64,000 nt of DNA from Octopus vulgaris (taxonomy: Eukaryota). Within the stretch, counting starts at the first letter, position 1. Every line of letters begins with the position of its first letter. The translations under genes were made by a program, and so were the position numbers. The stretch covers positions 80,476,001 to 80,540,000 of the forward strand of contig OX597822.1 of assembly GCA_951406725.2 (NCBI GenBank), in the 5' to 3' direction. Under the pieces are notes generated by a model. The model was not told the DNA's origin. It did not search any database and was given only the letters and a program-made list of their open reading frames with translations. Shown here piece after piece: positions 40,459-51,925 of the stretch.

Positions 40459-40868
40459 GTATGTATATATATTCATTTATGTTCCGAACTACGAACACGG
40501 ATAGCTATGTACCCAATTATGCTTCATCATACTTATTTACCTATCTACCCAACTATCGATCTAATTTCTTGTTAATTCTGCTTATTTACCTGTCTATAAA
40601 TACCTTTTAGTTGCTTTCGCTATTTCTCTGTTCAATAAAACACACAGACGTGCGCACACACATACACATACATACTCGCACGCATACAACTGCACAACAT
40701 AAATACACAAAGACACACACACATATTACCATACTTACCTATATCATCACATACAAATTAATATATATGTCTAAATATTATATAATATATATTTTAAATA
40801 CATTCACACACACATATATAGATGTATGTTTATATGTATGTTTTCACACATGCTTAAATACAACACAG

Positions 40869-40869
<1 letters not shown>

Positions 40870-40960
<91 letters not shown>

Positions 40961-41020
40961 ATATATCTATCTATCTATATATATATTTATCTATCTATAT
41001 ATATGTCTGTCTGTCTGTCA

Positions 41021-41062
<42 letters not shown>

Positions 41063-41090
41063 TTCATCTGTCTGTCCGTCTGACTGCTTG

Positions 41091-41125
<35 letters not shown>

Positions 41126-41126
41126 C

Positions 41127-41177
<51 letters not shown>

Positions 41178-41215
41178 CTCTCTCTATCTATCTATCTATC
41201 TATTTACCTATATCT
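40870..41215. repeat. (TATC)n/(TGTC)n/(TC)n compound microsatellite
   Basis: Directly visible. Confidence 0.95.
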
Positions 41216-42307
41216 ATTTATCTATTTACCTATATCTGTCTATCTTCCTATTATTCTGTCTCTCTACCTATACACCTGGCTACCTATCAATCACTCAAGC
41301 AGTCAATCAATCAATTCTATCAATCTATCTATCGATCGATATACATATCTATCTATGTAATTATCTACGTACACATACATAGACGCATACACACAAGCAC
41401 ATATACTTGCATACGTACGCATACAAATTCACATATATATGCATGCGAATATATATAGATACACACACATATACATGTGTGTATATATGTATACTACATT
41501 AGTATTCTCTCTATATATCTGAACTCCTTCGCCCTCGTTCAACCGACACTCCTTGCTGTCCTCTATGTGGGTGCATTCGCATACGTGCATTCAAACGGGC
41601 AAATGCATAGAATAATGTATTTATGTATATACACCAAATACACATACCAATCTACACCTTACGTAAGATCTCAAGGAATATGAAACACGTGAAAACAGCA
41701 GCCTTCTTACAGACACGCTCACACACCTACATGGATACACACACACACATGAATGTATGTGTGTGTGTTTATGTGTATGTGCCAATGTGTGTGGGGGCGT
41801 GTTTGCGGGTACATGTGTGCGCATGTGTGCCTCTATATACACATGTATGCAAGGGCATATACATATATATACTCAATTATGTATGTCGTTATGGATATAT
41901 ATATATATATATATATATATTGATGTACACACACAGATATATGTATATATATATATATATTTCTAATTTATATATTTCTGACCAAAATATATGCATTCAC
42001 ATAGGCATCTATCCTAGGTGCATATACGTGCCTATGAACATATGCTTATGAACACAAACAAGCGTGCATCCCGCATATAGCCTCAAAAACACCAGCTAAT
42101 CGAAATTATGCGCTATTGCGGTCTTTCGATCACACACGGACACACACACACACACACACACACATACACACACACATATACACACACACATATATTTGTG
42201 ATGTTTTTGCAGCATTGATAATAATAAAGTATATACACATACATACATACTCACGCACACACACCTGTACATGCATGTATGGGTATGTATTTATGCACAC
42301 ACACACA

Positions 42308-42361
<54 letters not shown>

Positions 42362-43266
42362 TAATGTATACTATGTATATTATGTGTACTGTTTCAATGC
42401 ATTTATGCATGCCGTCAGACAGAGACTGACGTAGATCTTTATTCACAATCATTTGTCTGTTGATAAACACGCAAACTAAAATGCGCGAGTTAAAACGCGG
42501 AAACACCCCTGACATGCGCACGTGTAAACAATTTTCCCTGCACAAACAGCTGCGTATACATGCATATAAATGCATACATACATGCATATATATATATATA
42601 CATACACGCGCATATATTTATATTTATATATGTAAATATATGTATGTATATATATATACATATATATATATATATACATATGTGTGCATATGTGTGTGTT
42701 TGTATGTATGTATGCATGTATGTATGTATGTATGTATACGTATACACATGCAAGCGCACACACGTACATAGTTGCAGATAGAAGCTCCTAAATATTGCAT
42801 CTACATGTTTCCAGGCGCTGAGCCACATTAATGCAGTCGATGAGGAACGTAAGGGGAATGCACCCTCTTGCACACAAGACACTGCACAATATGTATCTAC
42901 GTATCTATACAATCACATGTTTGCATATAGCCGTCTGCAAATAAGCCCTTAATCCCACATATATATATATACATACATACTTATATATATATATAAATAT
43001 ATATATATATATGTGAATGTATGTGTTTGTTTTTATTCATATATAGTCATGCATTTATATATCCATACAGGGAGATCTATAGACAGATATGCACGCATTT
43101 CTACATACATAATATGATATTTATATTAACGTATACAAATACATATATATTTATTATTACTATTAGCTTTATCATTATTATTATTATTTCATTTTTTGTT
43201 TTTTGTTTTGTTTTTTTTTTTCATGAGTAGATATTTTTCATGATATTCCGTAGGATATTTACTCAC

Positions 43267-43491
43267 AATTTTGTGATTCAGGTGATCCAACTCTCTTTCG
43301 GTGACTTTTCGTCGATGTTGTTCTTGTCGTTGCCTCTTATATTCATTGTACTTATACACCAGATACATCCCTGGCAAGGCGAGTGCCGGCAATGGTTTTC
43401 TCGCCGGTGAGGCTGGCCGATTCGCTGGCATAGTTATTTTCTCCTTATCCGGGCGCCTCCATAGAAGGAACTGCAACCGTTGTGGGAACAT
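43267..43491 (-). CDS. First coding exon of a spliced host gene (MFPQRLQFLLWRRPDKEKITMPANRPASPARKPLPALALPGMYLVYKYNEYKRQRQEQHRRKVTERELDHLNHKI); possibly the N-terminus of a small invertebrate RING-finger protein
   Basis: Only complex, non-repeat, protein-like ORF; GCGACC-ATG context (alternative ATG at 43431); ends in phase 0 at AAAATT|GTGAGT; short hydrophobic patch then charged coiled-coil-like segment. The RING link is from memory of insect proteins with KVTERELxHLNHKI and is unverified. Confidence 0.8.
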
Positions 43492-43859
43492 GGTCGCTTT
43501 TTCTTTACGTACGCTAAGTAGGCGATCAATGGAAACGATGACGTAGGCTATGGCACAAAGCAGGAGGTGGTGGTGGTGGTAGCAGTGAAAGCGCTGTGGC
43601 TCGTGATGATGATGGTAGCAGTAAGAGGCAGGGAGGGAGGGAGTAGAAGAGGGAGAGTGGGAGGGAGTTAATAAGTAGTAGCTAATAGTTGGTGGTTTGT
43701 TAGCAGTAGCAGAAGTAGTAGCAGTAATAGTGGCGGGGGGGGGGGGCGTAGATGTAGTAGTAGTAGTAATAGTAGTAACAGTTTATTACTACAACTACAC
43801 GCTCTCTCTTTCACTGTCTCTTCATTACCATCATAATCTTCGTCGGCGACCTTGCCGTC

Positions 43860-44039
43860 GTCCCTATCATCATCATCATCATCATCATCCTCATCATCAT
43901 CGTCGTCATCGTCATCATCATCAACATCACTATCGTCGTCGTTTCCAACCTTCCCACCCTCCTCTAGTACTCCTCCTCTATCTACCCTTCCACTCCTACA
44001 ATTCCTTCCTCTCCACTTTTACTCATCATTATCCTCATT

Positions 44040-44091
<52 letters not shown>

Positions 44092-44092
44092 C
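43860..44092. repeat. (CAT)n-rich tract upstream of the exon (putative 5' UTR or first intron)
   Basis: Directly visible; source of the spurious poly-H and poly-S ORFs. Confidence 0.9.
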
Positions 44093-44661
44093 TGTGATCG
44101 TAGCCATCATCGTCGCGTCGTCGTCTCTCTATGGTCATCCCTCTTCATATCAATCCGTTTCCTTCCTTTTTCATTCATTATTCCCTCTTCTCACCGTCGT
44201 CGCCCTTCTCTTTCATCTCCCCTCCTTTACTCCACTTCACCTTCATTTTTCGTTTCCTTCATCGGCCTACGATGCCGCGCAAACAACTATACACATTCAC
44301 TATTTTTATTCACACTTACACATAGACCATTACATGAATGTATACATACTCATACAAATATCTATCTATCTTTTTTTTTTTTTATTTTATTCCCCCCTTT
44401 TTTGTCCTCTTTCTTTCCCTTTACGATCCCTTTTGATCGAAAACCAAATCCCCTTTTTTACCCCCAAAAGAAAAGCTCTACCTTGTAATTTGTCCTGTCT
44501 GTGTTCAGCCCTGTGTGGCTAATAAAGAAACATATCTATCTATCTATACACATACAAACACATACACACGCAACATATACAGGCACCTGCATTCGTACAC
44601 AAACTTCTTTATGCAGAGCTCACACGTATAATTAAACGCATATAGAACATAAACATACATG

Positions 44662-44712
<51 letters not shown>

Positions 44713-44744
44713 TATATATAGAGAGAGATTTATATATGCACGCG

Positions 44745-44850
44745 TGCAACACCAGGTGCTTCCTCGCTATCACGACGGCGCATCAGGCTGTGCCCCACCA
44801 CTTTGATTTCGTCACTAATTTTCGATTGGCTGCAGTTAGTACGTAGTTCA
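44745..44850 (-). promoter_or_regulatory. Candidate proximal promoter of the minus-strand gene
   Basis: CpG-containing unique island with a consensus CCAAT box (CAGCCAATC, 44832-44824) and a TGACG half-site (about 44810-44814), about 1.3 kb upstream of the ATG. Confidence 0.35.
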
Positions 44851-45095
44851 CAATTCTTCTCTTCTCAGTATCCCTATTTTTTCCTCTCTTCTCTCTCTCT
44901 CTCCCTCTCTGTGCTTTTCTGTCGCTTACTCTCTCTCACTCTCTTTCTGATGTCTGTGTATCTGCCTCGTTCTTTCTTACATAATTTGTTTATGAGCTCC
45001 TTCTTCTATCTTTCTATCAGGCCTCTTTTCCTTGCGTCTCGTTCTGTTTACTTTCGCAGATCGGCTTGGCATTCGTATCTCAGCAGCTCTTTCTA

Positions 45096-45152
<57 letters not shown>

Positions 45153-45489
45153 TTCTTTCTCTCCATCAGTCTATCTGTCTGCCTATCAGTCCATCTATCT
45201 ATCCTTCCATCCATCCATCCATTCATCAACTTCTCTCTATCATTCCGACGGCCGATACATCCAGCCAGCCCATCTATTTGTCTGCCTACCTATCTATTCA
45301 CCAATTAACCTATCTACCTAGCTACTTAACTACCAGCTTATCTATTCACCTACAAAAAAGTATCTATCTCTCTGTCACTCTCTCTGACTGATATCTGTTG
45401 AGCTATCTACGTATTATACTAAACACACACACACACATATATATATATGCATATATAAATACGTATATGCACAAACTTACACCTATATA

Positions 45490-45570
<81 letters not shown>

Positions 45571-45667
45571 ATAATAATAAAGAGTAAAATTAATTAGTTA
45601 ATTAATAAATAAAAATTTCACCAAGTAGTATTCGGTATGTTAAAAAGACCATTATGGATAAACTTAA

Positions 45668-45918
45668 ACAATATTTATAATAATTATGAGTATAATCATA
45701 ATTAGAGTTAGGCAAAAAATTTGTTTCAGCACACACCGAACTTTAGAAATAGCTGCCTACGTGAATTGTTTTCGAGTATATATTGTCTGGGAGTTGTTTC
45801 TAACAGTAGAAGAAATAGCTAGGTTCTTTAGCTGCTATTTTTAAAGTTCGGTGTGTGGTGAAGAAAAATTTTTTGCCTAACCCTAATTTTAATTATACTC
45901 ATTATTATAATAAATATC

Positions 45919-45920
<2 letters not shown>
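45668..45920. repeat. Inverted repeat, about 86-bp arms and 80-bp spacer, inside (TA)n
   Basis: 45668-45753 pairs with 45834-45920 (e.g. GTTAGGCAAAAAATTT/AAATTTTTTGCCTAAC, CACACACCGAACTTTA/TAAAGTTCGGTGTGTG). Confidence 0.9.
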
Positions 45921-45971
<51 letters not shown>

Positions 45972-46151
45972 CATATATATATATATGTATGAATATGTTG
46001 GCATAGGATGTCACGAAAGGTGTACAACAAAAAATACGAAGTACGAGTACATGGAATATGAACTATTTTTTCGAACAATTAAAGACACAAATGGAAAACA
46101 AAACATTCAACATAAAGAACGACCCTTCATCATGTATGTATATATATGTAT

Positions 46152-46194
<43 letters not shown>

Positions 46195-46366
46195 AATTCA
46201 TAAATATAAATTAATAATTTAAAATTTTTAACTTTAAATTTAAATAATTTAGATTTTGCATTTTATATATTATATATTTTGTATATTATATTAATTAATT
46301 TTATTTCTATGTTTTGGTTTATGTTTTTCACTGTTTGATTTGCCTGTTTGATTTGCCTAATCTCTA

Positions 46367-46410
<44 letters not shown>

Positions 46411-46552
46411 ATACGTAAGTCGTCTAAAATCCATAAGTCAAGAAAATGATGCACTCGTATATTTGTCAATAGGGTGGGTATATAAATTCTGTACACTTCG
46501 CATATTATATATATATATATTATGTCTGTCTATCCCTGTATCTAGCTAGCTA

Positions 46553-46745
46553 GCTACCTACCTACCTACCTACCTACCTACCTACCTACCTACTTACCTA
46601 CCTACCTACCTACCTACCTACCTACCTACCTACCTACCTACCTACCTACTTACCTACCTACCTACCTACCTACCTACATACATACATACATACATACATA
46701 CATACATACATACCTGCCTATACTACCTACCTACCTACCTACCTA
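46553..46745. repeat. (CCTA)n/(CATA)n microsatellite
   Basis: Directly visible. Confidence 0.95.
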
Positions 46746-47061
46746 GCTATCTGCCTACCTATCTGCCATGCCTATCTATTTACTGATTTCACAATCAATC
46801 TACCTATTGGTTTGTCTGTCCAGGCGATGTCCACATCTCCCCCTAGCTCACCGTGAAGAACTATTACCCTACACATGTCCTTGTGTATCTAAATATCGAT
46901 CTGTTTATTATTTTCGTCATCAATAAAACTCTCTGTCTGCCTATTTTGTCCAAAAGAAAAAAGAAAGAAAATAATAGAAGAGAAAGTCAAAAAGCAGAAC
47001 CGCATGAAGAGCGAAATAGAACGAAGAAGGAAGACGGAGAAATTGGACCAAAGAGAAAGAC

Positions 47062-47079
47062 GTATAATAATAATAACAA

Positions 47080-47118
<39 letters not shown>

Positions 47119-47230
47119 CACTACTACTACTACAACAACTACTACAACAACTACTACTACTACGACTACTACTACTACTACTACTACCACTACTACTACT
47201 ACAACAACTACTACAACAACTACTACTACG

Positions 47231-47262
<32 letters not shown>

Positions 47263-47311
47263 CACTACTACTACTACAACAACTACTACAACAACTACTA
47301 CTACGACGACG

Positions 47312-47342
<31 letters not shown>

Positions 47343-47421
47343 ATAATAATAATAATAATAATAAAAACAACAACAATAACAATAATAATGATAATAATAA
47401 TTGTAATAATAATAATAATAA

Positions 47422-47461
<40 letters not shown>
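47062..47461. repeat. (ACT)n with higher-order structure, followed by (AAT)n
   Basis: The variant pattern ACC...ACAACA...ACAACA...ACG recurs three times at about 70-bp spacing. Confidence 0.92.
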
Positions 47462-47462
<1 letters not shown>

Positions 47463-47755
47463 GTTCAAGGCCAGTACTTTTGGCGGGACGTATAAGTCGA
47501 ACTTGGCGGAATCTGAACTTAGAACATAGCGGCAGACGAAATACCTATTTCTTTACTACCCACAAGAGGGCTAAACACAGAAAGGACAAACAAGGAGAGA
47601 CAAAGGGATCAAGTCGATTATATCGATCCCAGTGCGTAACTGGTACTTATTTAATCGACCCCAAAAGGATGAAAGACAAAGTCGACCTCGGCGGAATTTG
47701 AACTGATAACGTAACGACAGACGAAATACCGCTAAGCATTTCGTCCAGCATGCTA
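47460..47755 (-). mobile_element. SINE family A dimer
   Basis: Reverse complement of the 47922-48331 units. Confidence 0.88.
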
Positions 47756-47837
47756 AAATAATAAGAAGAACAAGAACAACAAGAACAACAACAACAACAA
47801 CAACAACAATAACAACAACAACAATAACAACAACAAC

Positions 47838-47896
<59 letters not shown>

Positions 47897-47921
47897 TGAT
47901 AATGATATGATTTCTAAAATT

Positions 47922-48331
47922 AAGGCGGCGAGCTGGCAGAATCGTTAGCACGCCGAACGAAATACTTTCGTCTGTCGCTACGTTCTGAGTTCAAATTCCG
48001 CCGAGGTCGACTTTGCCTTTCATCCTTTCGGGGTCGATAAATTAAGTACCATTTACGCACTGGGGTCGATGTAATCGACTTAATCCCTTTGTCTGTCCTT
48101 GTTTGTCCGCTCTATGTTTAGCCCCTTGTGGATAGTATATAAATATGCATTTCGTCTGCCGCTACGTTCTGAGTTCAAATTCCGCAGAGGTCGACTTTGC
48201 CATTCATCCTTTCGGAGATGATTAAATAAGTACCAGTTATGCAATGGGGTCGATATAATCGACTTAATCCCTTTGTCTGTCCTTGTTTGTCCCCACCTAT
48301 GTTTAGCCCCCTGTGGGCAATAAAGAAATAA
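47922..48331 (+). mobile_element. SINE family A dimer with perfect 17-bp TSD
   Basis: ATATGATTTCTAAAATT at 47905-47921 and 48332-48348; inserted in the tail of an older minus-strand copy (48349-48530). Confidence 0.93.
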
Positions 48332-48723
48332 ATATGATTTCTAAAATTGGCACTTCGTCGGGAATGTTGAGAGGAAATAAACAGTCAGTATTATTAATCC
48401 TAGGACTTGAACGGTACGTCAGCTTATAAACCCCACGAGGGATAAAAGACAAAAGGGGATCTCGGTGAGATTTGAATTTTGAATTCAAGGGGCTGAAATT
48501 AAGTATGTCAAAGCGTTTTGTCTAACGCGGGGGAACGTCGACGAAGGAGGTTGAAGAGAAAGAGAGTGGAGAAGAAAATGGAGACGAAAGAGGAAGAAAC
48601 AAAACGAAACAAATTTAAGCGAAATGAAGGAAACGAGACGGAATTGAAAAGGAATGAAGGTGGGAAATAGAAGAAGGAAAATGAAGACAAATTACTAGCT
48701 GGGCATTGTCATACTTGGGCTTA

Positions 48724-49200
48724 GGCGTGGCTGTGAGGCTAAGAAGCGAACTTTGCAGTAATGAGATTTCGGGTTCAACCACAGAGCGCGGCAACTTCGG
48801 CAAATATCTTCTACTATAGACCCAGACTGGCCAATGCTTTGTGAGTGGATTTGGCTGATGGAAAATGAAAGAAGCCCATTGTGTGTGTGTGCGTGTGCGC
48901 GTGCATGTGTATGTGTGCGTGTGTGCGTGCGCTTGTGTATGTCGCACCACTACTACCACCACCACCACCACCACCACCACCACCAACACCACAAACACCA
49001 CCACCACCACCACCACCACCACTTGGAAACCGGCGTTGGTTTGTTTACGTCCCTATTCCCTAGCAGCTCGGCAAAGGAGACTGTTAGGAAAAGTACCAAA
49101 CTTAAAGTAAAGAGAAATATCTACTGGGGTTAATTTTTCCGATTAAAACTCTATCGGGGCATTACTCCAGTATGGTCACGATCCAGTCATTGAAATCAGT
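48724..49200 (+). mobile_element. SINE family B (diverged)
   Basis: GGCGTGGCTGTGAGGCTAAGAAGC head; internal (GT)n and (CAC)n; family tail. Confidence 0.8.
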
Positions 49201-49524
49201 AATACATAACGGGTGCCTGTTTCTCGATATTACTGTCATAAATATATACACGCAAGGCAATATTCACACATGTACATGCATACATACATACTCAGTTTAT
49301 ATAGCTATTCACACACACACACACGTATATACAAGCGCGCACACACATTATATTTGAAATAGAACGGCATGAAAATCAATATATATCCGGCTATAAAATA
49401 GAGGGTAGGTCATGGAAGGAACAAATTTGATCATAAACCAGCTCGATCAAAACTCATTTGTCACTAAACAACCACAAGATTCTCAGTATTTTCATCATAA
49501 TTGACACTGGACGATATACTGTCT

Positions 49525-49728
49525 CGAGTCTTAAGGAGTCATAAAACCGATTACTCGGTTTCCATGGCGTATGAATGACCGCGATCACAGCATTTCCCCT
49601 GATCTGAAGTTGATTCACGTTTTGTTTTTTGTCACAGCTGAGTGGACTCTAACAACACATGACCAGCTCCGGGAAACGTAACCACGACGTTACGATCATG
49701 AATGCAATCACTAGGCCACGCCGCTTCA
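49525..49728 (-). mobile_element. SINE family D
   Basis: TTAAGGAGTCATAAAACCGATTACTCGGTTTCCATGGCGTATG...CAGCTGAGTGGACT...CACTAGGCCACGC. Confidence 0.72.
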
Positions 49729-49947
49729 GTCAGGAGTTTACTGGCAATTAACGCCTTGCTTGGAATCGCGAGCTCTTTGATCAAGACTTTCTTCCAACTC
49801 ACGACACCAAAATCTCTAATATGGCACCAACCTCACACACCTAAAATGTGACACAATAGACAGACCAAGTGTCGGCTTGACATTGAGTGTTTGAGTTTTT
49901 TTTGATCAATCACAATATTGTGTCTTCTCCCTCGCTTTTCTACCACT

Positions 49948-50113
49948 ATACGTTCTCAGTTCAAATTCCGCCGAGGTCAACTTTGCCTTTCAACCCTTGG
50001 GATCGATTAAATAAGTACCAGTTACGCAGTAAGGTCATTGTAATCGACTTAATCCCTTTGCTCGTCCTTGTTTGTCCCCGCTATGTTTAGCCCTTTGTGG
50101 GCAATAAAGAAAT
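49948..50113 (+). mobile_element. SINE family A, 5'-truncated
   Basis: ACGTTCTCAGTTCAAATTCCGCCGAGGTC...GTGGGCAATAAAGAAATA. Confidence 0.88.
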
Positions 50114-51050
50114 AACCATGTTGGCCTCTTCTCATCGAAGTCAGCATTTCTCCTACTCTTCATTCAAGCACTTGCCAACTCGTTCATCTTCTAGTCACTA
50201 ATTCCGATTTCCACCACTCCTTAAACCTCACATTTACTGTCATATTAATCCTTCGTCCCCAGGACTTCGTCGTCCCGTCATGCAACCGCTAGCGGCATCA
50301 ATGCCATTTGTCTCGACAAACCAGTGATGCTGATACACGTACATTTTCTTTCAGAGTGAACCATTTCTAAATTACGTAGACACGCATAAATACATAAATA
50401 TTGTCGCAAGGTACAGTGACATACAATGTAAAAGGGAAATTATATTTATTTTGGACCGGCACTTATTCTATAGATTTCCGAATGGCAAAAGCAATTCGTT
50501 TCCACGATTCCGTACGAAACTCAGAACGTTCTTAACACAAAGACAAATAGCAACCACCTTAGTTTCAGTCACCACACAAAACTTGACTGTGGAACTTGAC
50601 GGTCCATAAACACATCTTATCTCCGTCCTTAAAATTTACTACGAACCACTTCTTCCTCCACCCTCACATCTTCCATCAGTAAGGAAAATAGTTAACTTCT
50701 TTTCAGTTCCCTCCACCAGAATATCTCTTTGTCTGTCATCATAACGCATAAAAATCTCTGCACCATCTTTCCTAAGAGAAAACATTACAATAATGATTAC
50801 AATGGACTCGGTAATAATATAATCTGTTCTACACTTCCATACTTTGATAAAAGACAACTAAAACAGTTTCGTCTTCCCCATCTCTCATCTGAATTGCTAC
50901 GTTGATCGCTCTGTAGAATGTGTAGAACGTGTGGTGAAATAGATGTGGCTATAAACTTTAACCGTACAAACCTATAAATAGAGGGCATTCCTTCTGCGAT
51001 TATCTGATATTTTTAGAGGCATTTAGGATTGTATTATTTAATTTACTTAA

Positions 51051-51354
51051 GGTTATCTCCACAGGTTTCCTGTAGAAATTATAAACAGCACCGATTTTCT
51101 TACAACATATCGTATCCGAGACACTTGATGCAAACAACAATGAGATCGAAGATGAAAATGGGTAATGGGTATATATGGCATATATCAGAGTTTTTGCCTC
51201 TTCATCAGCACCTATCCAACCCATCCAGCCCATCCATTTAATCATCCACGAATACATTGGTGGTTGCTGCTTACATCAGTTTTCTCGGATATGAAACCTT
51301 GTAACAGTATCAACGCTGGATATAATTTCTATAGAAAATCAGGTAGTGATATCC
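51051..51354. mobile_element. Old MITE-like element with about 90-bp diverged TIRs, flanked by TTAA
   Basis: TTAA|GGTTATC...GATATCC|TTAA; arms align as reverse complements (CTGTAGAAATTATA/TATAATTTCTATAG, TATCCGAGA/TCTCGGATA). Confidence 0.7.
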
Positions 51355-51549
51355 TTAATAAAGTGACTTAATAGCACTGCTAACACAGTAGAACACAGTG
51401 CTGACTTATAAAAACGTTTAATATAATTTGTAGTGCTTTATGGTTGCGTAACGAAATACGATGTCCCTACAGGTCATTAATTATGTAATTTGTGCTTTTC
51501 TTATTTTAGACGGTATAATTTCTACGACGAGGTCAAGTACTTACTGTGT

Positions 51550-51925
51550 TGAGGAGGCTTGTGTGACCAGATGATCCTGAGAGCTATGGCAGTGCAATAC
51601 AAGCTCCTTGTAGAGTTCCCCATGCTGGACAGGCTAGTCTAATATGGCCCATCCTTTCCCGGAGAGAGGTGGGGGATAAAAGTGGATTTGTGTAGGACGT
51701 ACACTTCTATCAGAAGAAAGCAGAAATGTTAACGACAATTCAAAACCAACGAGACGTGGAAGAGAAAGGTTTTCCCTCGAGGAAACATATTCTGAGGATT
51801 CTGAGGCAGATCAGGAATAGCAGGGATCCGACAGGAGAGGGCTAAAAAGAAGATTCAGAGTTGAGAAATGCGGACAAAAGTCTTCGAAGGCCTATGTTTT
51901 ATGGGGAGCGAAGAGTTTGATTGAA
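51550..51925 (+). mobile_element. Possible internally deleted RTE-clade LINE derivative
   Basis: 5' GGCTTGTGTGACCAGATGATCCTGAGAGCTATG resembles RTE 5' UTRs; 3' GAAGGCCTATGTTTTATGGGGAGCGAAGAG (EGLCFMGSEE) resembles RTE ORF ends. Confidence 0.4.

Noticed and set aside
43697-44488. 263-aa His-rich ORF on the plus strand
   Set aside because: A product of (CAT)n and pyrimidine tracts, antisense to the real exon's upstream region
46853-47701. 282-aa poly-Thr/poly-Asn mucin-like ORF
   Set aside because: Microsatellite plus antisense SINE; GTG start and no signal of a real exon
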